Assembly: GCA_950097015.1 (NCBI GenBank)
Contig: CATNEN010000038.1
Location: forward strand, 33,666,001 to 33,730,000
Direction: 5' to 3'
Source of the DNA: Macrostomum hystrix
Taxonomy: Eukaryota > Animalia > Platyhelminthes
DNA length: 64,000 nucleotides
Positions 34,801 through 47,400 of the stretch are shown in pieces (the stretch's first letter is position 1; every line of letters starts with the position of its first letter). A model generated the notes under the pieces. It did no database searches. It saw only the letters and a program-made list of their open reading frames with translations, and was not told the origin of the DNA. A program made the translations under genes and the position numbers.

Positions 34801-37800
34801 TGGTACTGTCTAACACACAATGGTACTGTCTAACACACAATGGTACTGTCTAACACACAATGTAACTGTCTAACACACAATGGTACTGTCTAACACACCA
34901 TGGTACTGTCTAACACACAATGGTACTGTCCAACACACAATGATACTTTCTAGCACACAATGGTACTGTCTAACACACCATGGTACTGTCTAGCACACAA
35001 TGGTACTGTCTAACACACAATGGTACTGTCTAACACACCATGGTACTGTCTAACACACCATGGTACTGTCTAACACACAATGGTACTGTCTAACACACAA
35101 TGGTACTGTCTAACACACAATGGTACTGTCTAGCACACCATGGTACTGTCTAACACACAATCGTACTGTCTAACACACCATGGTACTGTCTAACACACAA
35201 TCGTACTGTCTAACACACAATCGTAGTGTCTAACACACAATGGTACTGTCTAACACACCATGGTACTGTCTAACACACAATGGTACTGTCTAACACACAA
35301 TGGTACTGTCTAACACACAATGGTACTGTCTAACACACAATGGTACTGTCTAACACACAATGGTACTGTCTAACACACAATGGTACTGTCTAACACACAA
35401 TGGTACTGTCTAACACACAATGTAACTGTCTAACACACAATGGTACTGTCTAACACACCATGGTACTGTCTAACACACAATGGTACTGTCTAACACACCA
35501 TGGTACTGTCTAACACACCATGGTACTGTCTAACACACAATCGTACTGTCTAACACACCATGGTACTGTCTAACACACAATCGTACTGTCTAACACACAA
35601 TCGTAGTGTCTAACACACAATGGTACTGTCTAACACACCATGGTACTGTCTAACACACAATGGTACTGTCTAACACACAATGGTACTGTCTAACACACAA
35701 TGGTACTGTCTAGCACACAATGGTACTGTCTAACACACAATGGTACTGTCTAACACACAATGGTACTGTCTAACACACAATGGTACTGTCTAACACACAA
35801 TGGTACTGTCTAGCACACAATGGTACTGTCTAACACACAATGGTACTGTCTAACACACAATGGTACTGTCTAACACACAATGGTACTGTCTAGCACACAA
35901 TGGTACTGTCTAACACACAATGGTAATGTCTAACACACAATGGTAATGTCTAACACACAATGGTACTGTCTAACACACAATGGTACTGTCTAACACACAA
36001 TGTAACTGTCTAACACACAATGGTACTGTATAACACACAATGGTACTGTCTAACACACAATGGTACTGTATAACACACAATGGTACTGTCTAACACACAA
36101 TGGTACTGTATAACACACAATGGTACTGTCTAACACACAATGGTACTGTATAACACACAATGGTACTGTCTAACACACAATGGTACTGTATAACACACAA
36201 TGGTACAGTTAATCGATATAAGCATTATGTATGAAACATTTTCAGCATTTTCATAGCATTCATTCTCGAAGCGTTTCTACTCGAATACAATTTGTCAGCT
36301 AGCAAATTCGAAAGCGACATCGAACAGATGATCAAGGAGATGGGATTCTCAGCTGTTCAGAGGTGAGAAGCCGCTTTACTGGATTGGGAAAACTTTGTTT
36401 GTCCAGAATCGTAACTAAAATAACCGGAATCTTAGCTAAATTAAACAGAATCGCAGCTGGATTAACACAATGTTAAGTATATTATTATGTATAATCGTAT
36501 CCATATTAAACTCAATCGCAGCTGCAAATTCTGAATTGTAGCTGGTTTAATGACAATCCTAGCTATATTAGCTACGATTATATTAGCAGCGGGAACAAAC
36601 AGTACCACAGTTAGAAAAGGCTGGAATCGCAGCTGGAACAAAAGGAATCGCAGCTAGAACGAAAAAATCACAGTTAGAAAACGTTGGAATCGCAGCTAGA
36701 ACAAAAGGAATCGCAGCTAGAACAAAAAGAACCACAGTTAGAAAACGTTGGAATCGCAGCTGGAACAAAAGGAATCGCAGCTAGAACAAAAAGAACCACA
36801 GTTAGAAAAGGTTTGGAATCGCAGCTGGAACAAAAGGAATCGCAGCTAGAACAAAAAGAACCACTGTTAAAAATGTTGGAATCGCAGCTAGAACGGTTGA
36901 AATCACAGCTAGAACGGTTGAAATCGCAGCTGGAACAACAGGAATCGCAGCTAGAAATCACAACTAGAACAAAAGGTTATAAGGTTGGAATCGCAGCTAA
37001 GAATTGTAGCTAGAATATTACCAGTTCCATCCAACACTCTTCGCCTTTCAGCGTCATCGAAGACGACGACGTAGAAGAAGAGCTGGCAATGTCAGCTGCT
37101 CAGCCTGAAGCCTCTAAAAGCAGCGACATCCGGTTTCACATCAAGAAGCGAGGTTTCAGTGATTTTGCAATTTTTAAGTTATATCTATTCAAGAATTTCG
37201 CCTAAATGTTCTACTGAGAGTCCGTTTAGTCGCTTCGGCAATAAAATTAATTTTCTTAGAAAAAAATTGTAATGTCGAGTTCGATTTAAAAACGAAAGGT
37301 CCGAGGTTCGATTCCAGACTAAAATGTGTGTCATTTGGATACTTAACTGCGACTTGAGGGTGGTTTTTCCGTCCACCATCCATGGACTTAAAAGCCGTAC
37401 GCAGCATCAGATGCGCCGCGCAATAGCAGCAACTGTGCTGTCTATCGGCTGCACATCTAACCCAATTACGGCAGGTGTAATCAATTATTACAATCAATTA
37501 ATTATAAAAATGATCATAATTGTTATCACTATTGCCTAACGACGACATAAGTATTCAAAAAAATAAAAGACAAAAAAATGGTCCAGGCTGCTAGACTGGG
37601 AACCTAGCCTTCAATCTTGAGTCTTGCACATTGACAAAATTTGTGTGAATTATTAATGAGAATCGAACTTTGGGCCTCCCGACACCCGGTCCAAAGTCTG
37701 GAGCTGTAACTTGTGGTCCAGAGTAATTTAATTTAATATGTAATTTTAAATATTAAATATAAAAATACTTAAAAAAGCAATGAACTATAGTAAGAAAGTA

Positions 37801-38027
37801 AGAAACTATATAGTTACTCAAACAGTCCTTTTGACTAATTGTTGATCATTTAATAAGTGGCAACTGTGCTCAATTTATACTCATTTTAAGCAAAAAAATC
37901 GGTGGAGACTCTGCTTCAGCAAATGTTTGAGAAGGAGCTTATCGAAGAGGAGCAACAGGCCGGCTCTCCAACGACTTCGAACGCACGATCTCAGCGGAGT
38001 TTGACCTTCTCGGAGGTGTTTAACTAA
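22801..38027 (+). CDS. TPCN3: Two-pore channel, TPC3-like. 18 exons: 22801-23027, 23114-23237, 24226-24354, 24432-24557, 25247-25365, 26176-26286, 27017-27143, 27582-27786, 28645-28789, 29437-29601, 29979-30043, 30121-30202, 31379-31448, 31945-32158, 33774-33864, 36246-36362, 37052-37152, 37891-38027. Start uncertain (in-frame ATG at 22885 or an upstream exon).
   Basis: Splice phases are compatible throughout. Two 6-TM repeats: IS4 VRFFRILRPLYMINFPEGKQIRRAFRN, pore 1 LYVLITTANSPDVMMPSY, IIS4 LVLRVIRLLRIF, pore 2 LFQLTIVNQWHV, IIS6 NIFIAFILEAF. TTANSPDVM and VNQWH fit the TPC3 subfamily as recalled. Confidence 0.9.
23250..24160. repeat. Intronic minisatellite, 20-bp unit changing to a 31-bp unit
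   Basis: (cctcacctgacagactgatg/a)n; from ~23790 an extra cctcacctgat is inserted per unit. Confidence 0.95.
24615..25125. repeat. Intronic CTAC-rich minisatellite
   Basis: Alternating ctacctactagtctacctttc and ctacctacctgtctgtctaactttc units. Confidence 0.9.
25505..25795. repeat. Intronic 15-bp minisatellite
   Basis: (gaatggaatagaacc/a)n. Confidence 0.9.
26388..26910. repeat. Intronic polypyrimidine (CCTCT)-type low-complexity tract
   Basis: Almost pure C/T on the + strand. Confidence 0.9.
27173..27548. repeat. Intronic 24-bp minisatellite
   Basis: (gaccgcctcagttcctgaaggtca)n. Confidence 0.95.
27806..28450. repeat. Intronic 20-bp minisatellite
   Basis: (aaattaggattcacaatctt)n with a 120-bp higher-order repeat near its end. 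Confidence 0.9.
28918..29295 (+). mobile_element. tRNA-derived SINE, family A (full-length copy)
   Basis: A-box tggcagagcgg at 28931-28941, B-box gttcgattcc at 28976-28985, (tta)n tail, candidate TSD tatgtcg (28911-28917 and 29296-29302); two further copies in the window. Confidence 0.9.
29625..29915 (+). mobile_element. Degenerate tRNA-derived SINE, family B (copy 1)
   Basis: B-box ggttcgaat at ~29672; the 3' part ccatggact...cagatgcgccgcgcaatagc...gcacatct...cccaatt is shared with 37275-37500. Confidence 0.65.
30421..31055 (-). mobile_element. Internally deleted Tc1/IS630-type transposon retaining only the DNA-binding HTH region
   Basis: ~62-bp near-perfect TIRs (tatagcattttgcagtctagtttggacagcgggcttttaaattggacgcaggccgc), TA at both ends. 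The ORF KRDLVIQAWQRGENPEDIVRMLGVKRSTAYNI...PRGG...NPFLTLDQM...ISTISRAL runs straight into the TIR, with no DDE domain. Confidence 0.9.
31570..31885. repeat. Intronic 32-bp minisatellite containing sense-strand ttctcAG|GT
   Basis: (attctcaggtataaaactacagttcccctcag)n. Confidence 0.9.
32200..32860. repeat. Intronic polypyrimidine minisatellite
   Basis: (ttccccattcctctctctc / ttccccattcctccctcc)n. Confidence 0.9.
33415..33605 (-). mobile_element. tRNA-derived SINE, family A (partial copy 3)
   Basis: gctgactcctgagcacac...ggaatcgaactcagggaccttggtgc matches copies 1 and 2. Confidence 0.8.
33990..36207. repeat. Intronic 20-bp minisatellite, ~110 copies
   Basis: (taacacacaatggtactgtc)n with variant blocks that are themselves duplicated. 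Confidence 0.97.
36590..37015. repeat. Intronic GAATCGCAGC-family minisatellite
   Basis: ggaatcgcagctagaacaaaa units (~21 bp) with interspersed accacagttagaaaa. Confidence 0.85.
37275..37500 (+). mobile_element. Degenerate tRNA-derived SINE, family B (copy 2)
   Basis: ggttcgattcc B-box at ~37305; 3' region shared with 29625-29915; (att)n-like tail. Confidence 0.6.
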
Positions 38028-39939
38028 ACGTAAATAAGCGACGGGACCAGCTAATTAGTTGATTTCAAGCCAATGATTATTATATGTTTTCTTTTTTATC
38101 TTTATTTTTTTTCAAAACTAAACGTAGATGATGCGACTGAATTAATGTACGAGAAATGTGGAAAAATATATATTTAAGATCTAATAAAGTACACGTACAT
38201 AAACAAGCAAAAAGTATATTATAAAAGCAAGGTGCTCTTTTCACTTTCAAATCTCTCTGCAATACGATTTACACAATTGATATTGTTTTGCATTGAATTA
38301 ATTGTTCTTAATTGTTCTTATACTAAATTTTTGTAAGAGCAACGTGAAAACGTGAAATTTGTTTTTTGAATTTATTTTTTTCAGCGAGCTGTGATTCTTC
38401 TTTGAATTTTTTTATGCTGTATTTGATTTGGCCACAAAAATATTTTTAATGAAACTTTACACTTATCTACTACACGTATTAATCGTCTCGCGCACTTCGT
38501 TTAGTATTTAAATTCGTGCGAAAATGTTTTTTACTATTTTTCACTGTGTGTTTTCACTAATTTCTAAAGCGCACCACAGTTCTGCTAAGTTTGTTTAAGT
38601 CCAGTGTTCCATATCCTTTGTTACTTTCTCAGAATTAAAAAGATATTTTTCACAGTTTTTTAATACTGCAATGATTCAAAATGATCGATAAAAATAATAA
38701 AACTAACTATAGCTAACCCGATAGTGATTAAAATTTAGTTTTTTTTAATCTGCAAGCATATATACAAACAAATGCAATTATAAATGAAATCAACACAAGT
38801 AAAGTAACTATATTATCTAGGCTTTCGAGACTAGACAAAAATACGCTCGTATAATAACAACGATTTTACGTGGAAATCTGCAACATTCCTCGCCTATCTA
38901 GAAAGGAATTGTCTTCAAGCTTTAATTTTTCACTAGAAATGACGTCTTGAAGTGAAAATTAGGAAGGATTTTAATTAAGCTAACTTAGTAATATAACGGT
39001 TTCCAGCTTAGTCTAAACGCAAATGCGATTATATTATATGTTAAGAAGCTGCATCGTATTGCAGAAAAATTGTTCTTGACTGTAAATTTATGTTTAGCAA
39101 AAATCTCGTAGAACAACAAACTCTACAATTATTTTAAAAAATTATAACTGTAGCTTATAAGTTATGCTGCCAATTCAGTTTACGGACTAAAACTATTTAT
39201 AAAAATCGGCAGGGAAATCAACAACATGCACTTTTACATATTGTGGCAAGAATGCTGTAGTCATTTTTTCTAGCTAATCTTTGTTTACTAACACTAGCAA
39301 GCCATATATAAAAAGGGAAGTTATTAAGTGTTTGTTAATTCTTTTTTAGGGGTCTTATCAAGATTAAGCTATTTTAGTGCAGAATAATGCACTTTCGATC
39401 GAGAATTGTGCACTTTTAGTCGGGATGAAAGCACCCCTTAAAATAAATAAAACTTAAACTTCGACAAAAAACTGTTTTCGCGAAAAACAACCTCATCACT
39501 GGTACTTAGCCTACTAAAAGTAGTATACAAAACTTTAAAGCCGTTCTTTGAGTGCACGACAATTACATATTTTCAAGATATCTTGCGCTTCTATGACGAT
39601 TCGAAAATAATGAGCTGAAGAATTTGTCCTTTTTTGTTTAAAAAAGCGAAGAATTTTTTTAAAACAAGTATAATCAAGCTACCATTGACCTTACAGTGCG
39701 AAGTGTCGATATTTCGACTCCTTAAGCAGCCTCAGTCCGTCTGTCGGCGTCGCCGAGTTCGGCGGTCCTGGCTGCCGATTTGCCATGCAGTCCAGGCGGC
39801 CAGTCGCCGAGACTCGGCAGCCGCAGCCAATGGGCGGCACCCATGAGGTGTCTACAAATATCAGCCCAGCAGCTGCCGTGGCCGCTTCACTGAGACCGTC
39901 AACCAGAGACTGCTCAAACAGCTGATTTTGAGAAACGAC

Positions 39940-40722
39940 ATGCCACCCTCCACTGCAACCGCGTTCTCCGAACCGCTGCTGTTGCTGCTGCTGCTGCTTG
40001 ATGTAGGGTTCGCCGCTGTTGCCTCTCCTCAGGAGCAGCGTGAGCTCGAGCTGTCCGCCCAGATTCAGATTGACGGCAGGCCGCGGTTCAGCCTGAACAG
40101 ACTGCTCAGAGGCGGCCCTCCGGCGGCTGCTGGAACCGACGACATCCGGGATACCGTCCGAGCTGACGTCACTTTAAGTATCCGACTGAGCCAGCCGGGC
40201 GAAGATAATGCTGGCGGGAGCTCGAGGGACACCGCATCAGCTCTGACAATGCCGGAGGAGTCGGCCAAGGCTTCATCAAGGCCTCAGGGGTCGGCAAAGT
40301 CTCTGTCAATGCCGCAGGAGTCGGCGAAGGCTCCGTCAAGGCCTCAGGGGTCGGCGAAGTCTCCGCTAATGCCGATAGAGTCGGCGAAGGCTTCGTCAGC
40401 ATTTCTCTCCGACCTGGCGTCGATGGCTGAGGAGCGGATGGCGAAGGATTCGTTGTCCTTGCCGCCGATCCACGCCAGTCCCAGCTGCAAGGGGAACGTC
40501 TGCTACAACGGCGGTTCCTGCACATTTCAGGTCCTGGACGCAAATAAAGCTCCGTTCTGCAGGTAAGTAGGCAACTTTGTTGGTTGATTGAGTTCAGAGA
40601 ATCATTCCATGCCACACCCGTCAGTGACATCGGCGATTTCAACTCATTGATGTTTCAGCTGCCGAGCGGGCTTCAAGGGCAACTTCTGCGAGCTAATCGA
40701 CATCGAGTCTCATCCTGAGTAG
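39940..40722 (+). CDS. Small secreted protein with one C-terminal EGF-like domain; exons 39940-40562 and 40659-40722
   Basis: Signal peptide MPPSTATAFSEPLLLLLLLLDVGFAAVA. Spliced EGF module CKGNVCYNGGSCTFQVLDANKAPFC|SCRAGFKGNFCE via GT-AG intron 40563-40658. No transmembrane segment. Confidence 0.85.
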
Positions 40723-41679
40723 CCCGGTCGACTGGGCGGTCGAGTACTTGGGACTTCATAGAGTTGGACTCAACGAGACAACGTATCACAAGCTGCACAT
40801 TAAGATTTGTCTTTAGTCGTTGTCTTTAAGCTTGTCGGGACCTGGTGTGGCTTGGGTGCACTTTAGTGGTGACGCAAACCATGAGTTGTTAGCCATAAAA
40901 AAAATTACAAATTCTGATGACTTTTTTATTTTTAAGCTGATAACTTTCGATCTTTTTCTGCCAATCAAAGAAATTATATAATTTCAATGTTTTTGTGTCA
41001 TCCGTAACGTCTAGCGGTGTAGGGCCTAATCGAGTAACGAGCCCTGTAGGAGCTTTCCAAGTTCATCAAGCCGTGAAATAAATACACTGAGCAACTCCTT
41101 GAATATCTCTTGATATGTCTCTGCAAAAAGCATAAATGTATGCACACTTTAAGGCTATAATGCTTTCTCAATCTATGTGCGAAGGCTGCGTAATCAAAAT
41201 TAGTGATGGCGAGATCGATAAGTACGATCTGTACAGTCCTATCTGTACGCATTTTTTGCTACTTAGTTACATTTACAAGTGATTATTACAGGAAAGACCT
41301 GTGAAAGATCGCCATGCTGTTATTATTGAATGAGACTGAGACTTATACGGAAGCAAAAAATAACAGGATTTTTTTTCTGGAAATGCCGCAAAATCTGAAG
41401 CTCTATGAGTACTTTCAGCCACAGTTTTGTGGCTCGATAAATATTGATATCTCCTAAGTAATAAGAAAGTTACAAGTATTTATAAAATACTGACTTCATG
41501 TAAGATTTGTTATGAATTCCATTAGTTCTTAATAGAAATTTGTTTAATCAAAGTTGACTCGGCTAAAATGCGAGTAGCTTTCGCTGAAAGTTCGATTTTT
41601 TAAAATGTTTTTGTACTGATTAAAGGGCTAATTTTATTTGACAAACTGTCCAACTTATTCTCTCTACTCAAGTTAACAG

Positions 41680-41863
41680 CGGCAATGGAGGCGATTCACA
41701 GCATCCCGGATGAAGCGTTCCAGGGCTTCATGGACAAATGGCTCGGGCGAGCGCACTAGTGTCTGCAATTCCGGGGAGAATACTTTGAAGGACTATGATG
41801 TGAAAATTTAGAATAATCAACTAAAAATAGTCGAATTGCAAAACTTTTGGAGTATCCCTCGTA
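41680..41863 (+). mobile_element. mariner transposon 3' fragment (transposase C-terminus plus TIR)
   Basis: SIPDEAFQGFMDKWLGRAH*CLQFRGEYFEGL*, followed by ttgcaaaacttttggagtatccctcgta (mariner-type TIR ending in TA). Confidence 0.85.
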
Positions 41864-42210
41864 TTGCAATACAGGCAGTTCCTTGGTCAAATTCATCCGG
41901 GAACCCCGGACGACAGACGCCTCAAAAGGGACATCAGACTTTCCCCCACCAATGTCTTCCTGCTCACCTCCAGGGACGTCACGTCGGCCATCAAAAGCTC
42001 TTCGCCGTCCAAAGCCACCGGACCGGATGGCCTTTCCCCCATCGTCCTGAAGCATCTTGGACCAAGGGGAATTGCCTTCCTCTGCTGCCTATTCAATCTG
42101 AGCCTTACCACCAGCATCTTTTTTAACACCTGGACCTATGCCAAGGTAGTGCCTCTTCTCAAAGCGGACAAAGATGCTACCTGCAGCTCCTCCTACAGGC
42201 CTACAAGCAG
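41864..42210 (+). mobile_element. Non-LTR retrotransposon RT fragment (Jockey/I-like)
   Basis: VTSAIKSSSPSKATGPDGLSPIVLKHLG...LFNLSL...WTYAKVVPLLKADKD...SSYRP. Confidence 0.85.
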
Positions 42211-42849
42211 CCACCACTGTATAAAAAACGATAGAAAATGCAACTGCTCTTGAAGTAATATATACACGCAGATCGACACTACGGACAATATGACATGACT
42301 TAATAATGACAACGTCAAGAAAACAGCCGACTGTTGTGTCAGTACTCACAAACCAACTTTGTATCCAGCAGTCTATTAATAATGAAAATGGCCTTTAGGG
42401 TAAGTCTTATTGATCGGTTCTGATCACCTATCTTCCGATTGCATTACTGATTTTGGAGGTGTGTTCCCACAAACTATAAATGGTGTTGTCTCCTTCAGAC
42501 TGTCACCAAAGACATGAATCATGTTGAATCATAAAATACGAGTTTGTGGCTTTGTCTCCTTTGATAGCAGTTAAAAGGTGCGTAAATGGAATCTAATTGA
42601 GCAATTAAAACCTGCGCTTCCATCGATAATTTTTTGTAGAACCGAATGTACCAAAAATGTACGTATTTGGGGACTTTGGTTTAGCTCTTACTACAATTAA
42701 AAAATCCTAACTTTAGTTATTAAAGTGCAGACGAAAATAATTCAGACTTTCAGAGCTCATGATAATCTTCAATTCCTGCTGTAGTGACCTTGAAACAATA
42801 AGAAGGGTCGCAGTAAAAGTTGTAGCTTCGTGACAGCTGCAATCCGCAA

Positions 42850-43340
42850 CAGCAGTGGTGCACAAACAGGACGCCTGTAGGTGATTCCAGCACCTACATG
42901 TGCTGGAATCTCAGCATCTCAGGCATGCCTGAGATGTCTGAGATTTTTTGGACTCAAGCTGTGTGGCATAAACGTCGATTTCTGCAGTTTTAACGATGAA
43001 CAGTTGCATCTTCAGCTTCTCACCCGAGTTAGCAGCCTTGATAGCTGCCTCCAGTGAATCAACGTTACTTTTAGCTGCAACAACATCGTCGCATCGCCGC
43101 TTCAATGCTGCACCAACAACATCAGCGGCACTCTTGCCATGACCGGCTTTAGAGAAAATTCAACGCCACTGGTGGATCCCACGCCTCCTTAACAAATGCC
43201 TGGGGTTCCTTGCCAGACAGGTAGGCAATACCTTGGTGGATTACGATGTCTAAATTTCCACCACAGTAAGCCGACTGAACGTTGGTGTGTATCTGAGAAG
43301 CATAATCTTCGGAGTAATCTACAGAATATAAGATCGATAT
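42850..43340 (-). pseudogene. Degenerate DNA-transposase fragments, Sola2-like
   Basis: VDYSEDYASQIHTNVQSAY (DFSENY...QS-type motif) and AGHGKSAADVVGAALKRRCD (GHGKxxxDGxGxxxKR-type motif). The family label is from memory. Confidence 0.55.
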
Positions 43341-43372
43341 AAGACCTAAGGAACCCGGACACGCGATCAGCC

Positions 43373-44400
43373 TTGACTTACTTGACTTAGCTGCAGGGGG
43401 CATCCTTCGGATGCAGCGGGAAGGCGTTTCCGCCCATTCCGCTAGCCTCTGGCGACCACGGGCAACTAAAGCTGCGGTGTCGCGCAGGGGGATCCGGTGA
43501 TGCCGGCGTCCGCAGCGCGATCCTCCTCCAGGAGGTGGAGAGTTGCTCGCCCGGTGGCCCTTAGGTAACGGATGAGCTGGCAGATGTTCTCATGCCTGAA
43601 AACGTCGGGAAGATCCGGATTTGGGCCGAGATAGGTGAGCCTGTCCTGAGTGAAGGCGGGGCAGTCGCAAATAAAATGCTCTGCATCCTCAATATAGGAG
43701 AGGCAGAAGGGGCATTCCTCACTGCGGGTTTTGCCTTGCAGGAAGCGGTGCCTGGCGAAACAGCCGTGGCCAGGGAGGGCCATGGTTACTGCCCTGATGT
43801 CCCTGCGGTTAAGTCCAAGCAAGGCTTTGCGAAGGGCAGTGGAGGGACAAGGGACAGCAGCGCGAGACTGCCGACAATCGGCGGTATTGATCCATCTGTC
43901 CTTGTGCTTTGAGGCCACCCACTGGTTAATCCGAGTGTTGACGACGGGGGTAGGGGTGGAGACCGCAGGCACGGGACCAAAAAGCGAACCCGTCGAACCG
44001 GCCTTGGCGAGGCTGTCGGCCAATTCGTTACCAGGGTGGCCAGAGTGCCCTGGAATCCACCTTAGGGACACCTTGTTGTGGGTCCCTAAGCGGTTGAGTT
44101 GCGCGAGGACTGTGCGCGAGCAGGTGTGCGTGCGTCCAAGGGCATGGATCGCCGCCTGGCTGTCCGAGTGGAGGAAGATTTCTGCTCCGTGGACATTTTG
44201 GTTGATCAGCTCCAGGGCGCAGGAGCTGATGGCGAGAACTTCGTTCTGTAAAACGGTAGAGTTTATGCCAGTGTGCCGGGAGAAGGTCGCCACAGTTTTC
44301 CCTCCGGACATAATGCAAGGTGCAAAGTCACCAGGCAAAAGTCGCTAGCGCCTTCGTCCAGGAGCCATTCCAAACTTAGAATGGAAAATGGAGCCTCCGG
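43373..44400 (-). mobile_element. 3' part of a LOA-like LINE: RNase H, CCHC zinc knuckle and short repeat tail
   Basis: [57 protein letters not shown]; tail (taagtcaag)2 on the minus strand at 43373-43390. Confidence 0.9.
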
Positions 44401-47400
44401 TCCTCCACCCATACAACCAGGAGCCGGAGATGCCCAATTTGCACCACTATTCATTGGATCCAACGTATGAGGAGCTGATGGAGCTGAGGAGCAAATTAGC
44501 AACGCAGATTGAGTTGAAAAAGAGGAAGAAGCAGCAGCTAAAGGTGAATCGCGTACGGAAATGCACACTCAGTAGAAAGCTTGTAAATCGAGCAAAGAAA
44601 TATGCTGCAACTCTGAAGTGCAAGAGAAGAGCTCTGTCAGTTAGTGTTAAGCTCCAAATCGTTAGCAACCGACTAGCTGCTCTACATGAGACATCCTATG
44701 AATCGCGAATGGGGATAGCTAAATGCCAGCAACTGTTGACTGAGAAAGGCAAGAAACTGCTTGAAACGTCCCTAAAAGACCGTTCGGGAGCATATAATGA
44801 AGCTATTCGCCAATTCGCCAGCCAGGTTTACTATTGTTCACCAAAGGCATACTCCCATCTGCGCCGTTTGATCTTCCATCTGCCAGCTGCCTCTACTATT
44901 CGCGACTGGAACCGCTTTGAATGCAGACCCGGCATTACTCGATTTTCGATCGACAAAGTGGCTGAACTGTCCGCCGATCATCGTGACTGAGTGCTGCTCA
45001 TCGATGCGATGCACATCCGAAGTGGGGTGTGCTGGAGCGCAAGCTTAAAGCGAATGATCGGATTTGCAGATGTTGGCGATGGTTGCGAAGATGGCAATGA
45101 GTTAAAGTTGGCGAAAGAGGCAGTGGTGATTCTGGCGGTGGGAATGTGCAGCTCCTGGAAGATTCCCGTGGCATACATTTTACCTGCTGGCGTTACTCCA
45201 TGGCATCAGTCACAGCTAATCGCTGACGTTATCAAGGAATTCAATCAATCTGGTGCAACTGTTCGAGCTGTAGCAAGTGACTGTGCCTCCGTGAACTTAT
45301 CTACGTTTAAACTGCTCGGAGCGAAAATCCCCGAGCAGCCTAAGTTCTTCCTTCAATGTCAAACCGATGCAGTGCATGTTTTCCTTGACAACTGCCATCT
45401 AATAATGCAATGTTCAGCAACAGAAATTAAAAAAATGTGAGCACTTGCAACTAACCAACTTTTCGCACAAATAGCTAGGTCAAGTGCAAAGCAGTCTATC
45501 AGAACGCCTTGGCATTTGACAATTTTAATTTTTTAGACACTTTATGATGAATATGTCGCATTGAGTGTTATTGTCGCTTGATTTGGCTAATAGCTATTTT
45601 CATTTTTGACCAAAACATATAAACTGAGTTAAAAACAAAGCAAATTCGCTAAGTTTCTTACTGTAAAACAATTAGTATATGCACATTCAAAGGTCCCATA
45701 TGAAAGTATATTGTTCCACTCCAAATTCCCTGCACCAGGTCGACTTGTGCGCACGGCTGGAAGGGTGCTATCTGGAATTCACCTGCGAGTTTGCAATGCA
45801 CTTTTGAGTTCCTTGACCGCACGTGCATCTACGAGCTACATTGATGGACTAAAAACTGCCGATTCTCTGCCTGTCAATGCAGTCTGCTCGAAAAATGTGG
45901 GCGGTTGGTTACTGCTCAAACACAACAGCGCTGCGTGCCCTGACTGCTGACTTATTTCTACTGAGCCATTTCAAGTTTCTTTTGACGTACAAGGTCTGCC
46001 AAGATCCACTGGAGCATTTCTTCGGTGAGATCCGCCAGCGCGGAGGATTCAATAACAATCCTGACGTCGAACAGTCGAACGGTAAGTATTGCTAATGCTG
46101 ACAGCAGACTTGATTTTATAGCTAGGCATTTATTTTTGGGGTTGATGTAGTTGGGTACGGGGGGTCTGCTAGTGCCCACTGATGGGTACGAAAGCAAAAA
46201 ATACGGCTCAGGTGCTACCTCTACATTTCAGATTTTTACTATTTTATGAAGGCAAGACTTTTTAACGACGGAACCAGTAGTATAGATTAGTAGTTAAAGA
46301 ACTTAAAACGAGTTAAAAGCTTTTTTAAGTTGTTGTGAGCGAAGCGAGCTGGAAGCTTTTAAGCAGCTGCAAGCAAGCAAGCAAGAAAATTTTGAGCAGC
46401 TGCGAGCGAAGCGAGTTGAAAGCTCTTGGATTTTTGTTTTATAATTTCCTAAAATTTAAGTTGTTTGAAAGCAAAGAAAAAACATTCAAAACTATGAAAA
46501 TATGTCAGAAAATGTTATTCTCAGATTTTTCTCGAATAAAAAGTTTCTGAGCTTTGGGAATATATCCCCTTATCCCCCACTTTAGCTACGCCACTGAGAT
46601 TGCATATACTGAATTACTTAGCTGTATCCATGGCTGTTTTATGTTTTCAGTGCCGCGTACCGGGCTCTAGTGCGGCATCGAACTGCAACCCTTGGCTGCC
46701 GCATGCTTCTGCCCCAGGTTATGCTACCAGCGGAAGGGCTGCCGACTTCTGCGTCTGCCAATTGCGAGCCCGAGATGCCCGAGGCTCCCTGTCCGATTCC
46801 ATCTATTGCGACATTGTCTGTAATCGGTCACAAAATTGCTGGCTACATTGGCCGGCAAATGGTGACGAAGCTGCAGTGCATGTCGTGCAAGGAAGCTCTG
46901 GTTGCTGAGACGCAAACCATGCGGCTCGCCCAAATCAAGGATCGTGGTGGTCTGTTCGCACCCTCAGCTGACCTTTGCAAGTGTGTGCAGACCTGCGAGC
47001 AGCAACGCAGGAGCATTTCGCTGGCGACATTCAGCAGCGTGACAATTGACAAGTTGATCAATGCTTCTGTGAGTGCCGCAGTTTTTAAAGGTGTATTCAC
47101 AAGCTTGGCCTGCATTGAGGCAGCTGATGAGAACCACAGGTACCATCTGATTCGCATGATTGTCCAGAAGTACGTTTTTATTCGCTTGTCTCACGCGGCT
47201 CTCAGTCTCAATATTGCTACGAAACGGTCTGTGCGCCATTCTCTAACCAAGAAAATTATTTTTCTTGGCCAGTAGCAGTCCCTTCTGTCTTTTGCATAAG
47301 GCTCTATAAGGCATAAGGCTCTATCGGGTAGTTTTTTGCTACATTTTTTGCTTCCCCAGACATGTAATTTCACTTTATTCTGTGCGTCGAACACTGGTTC

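Noticed and set aside
42883-42910. Perfect 11-bp hairpin gattccagcac/gtgctggaatc
   Set aside because: Isolated within a decayed transposase remnant; no functional context.
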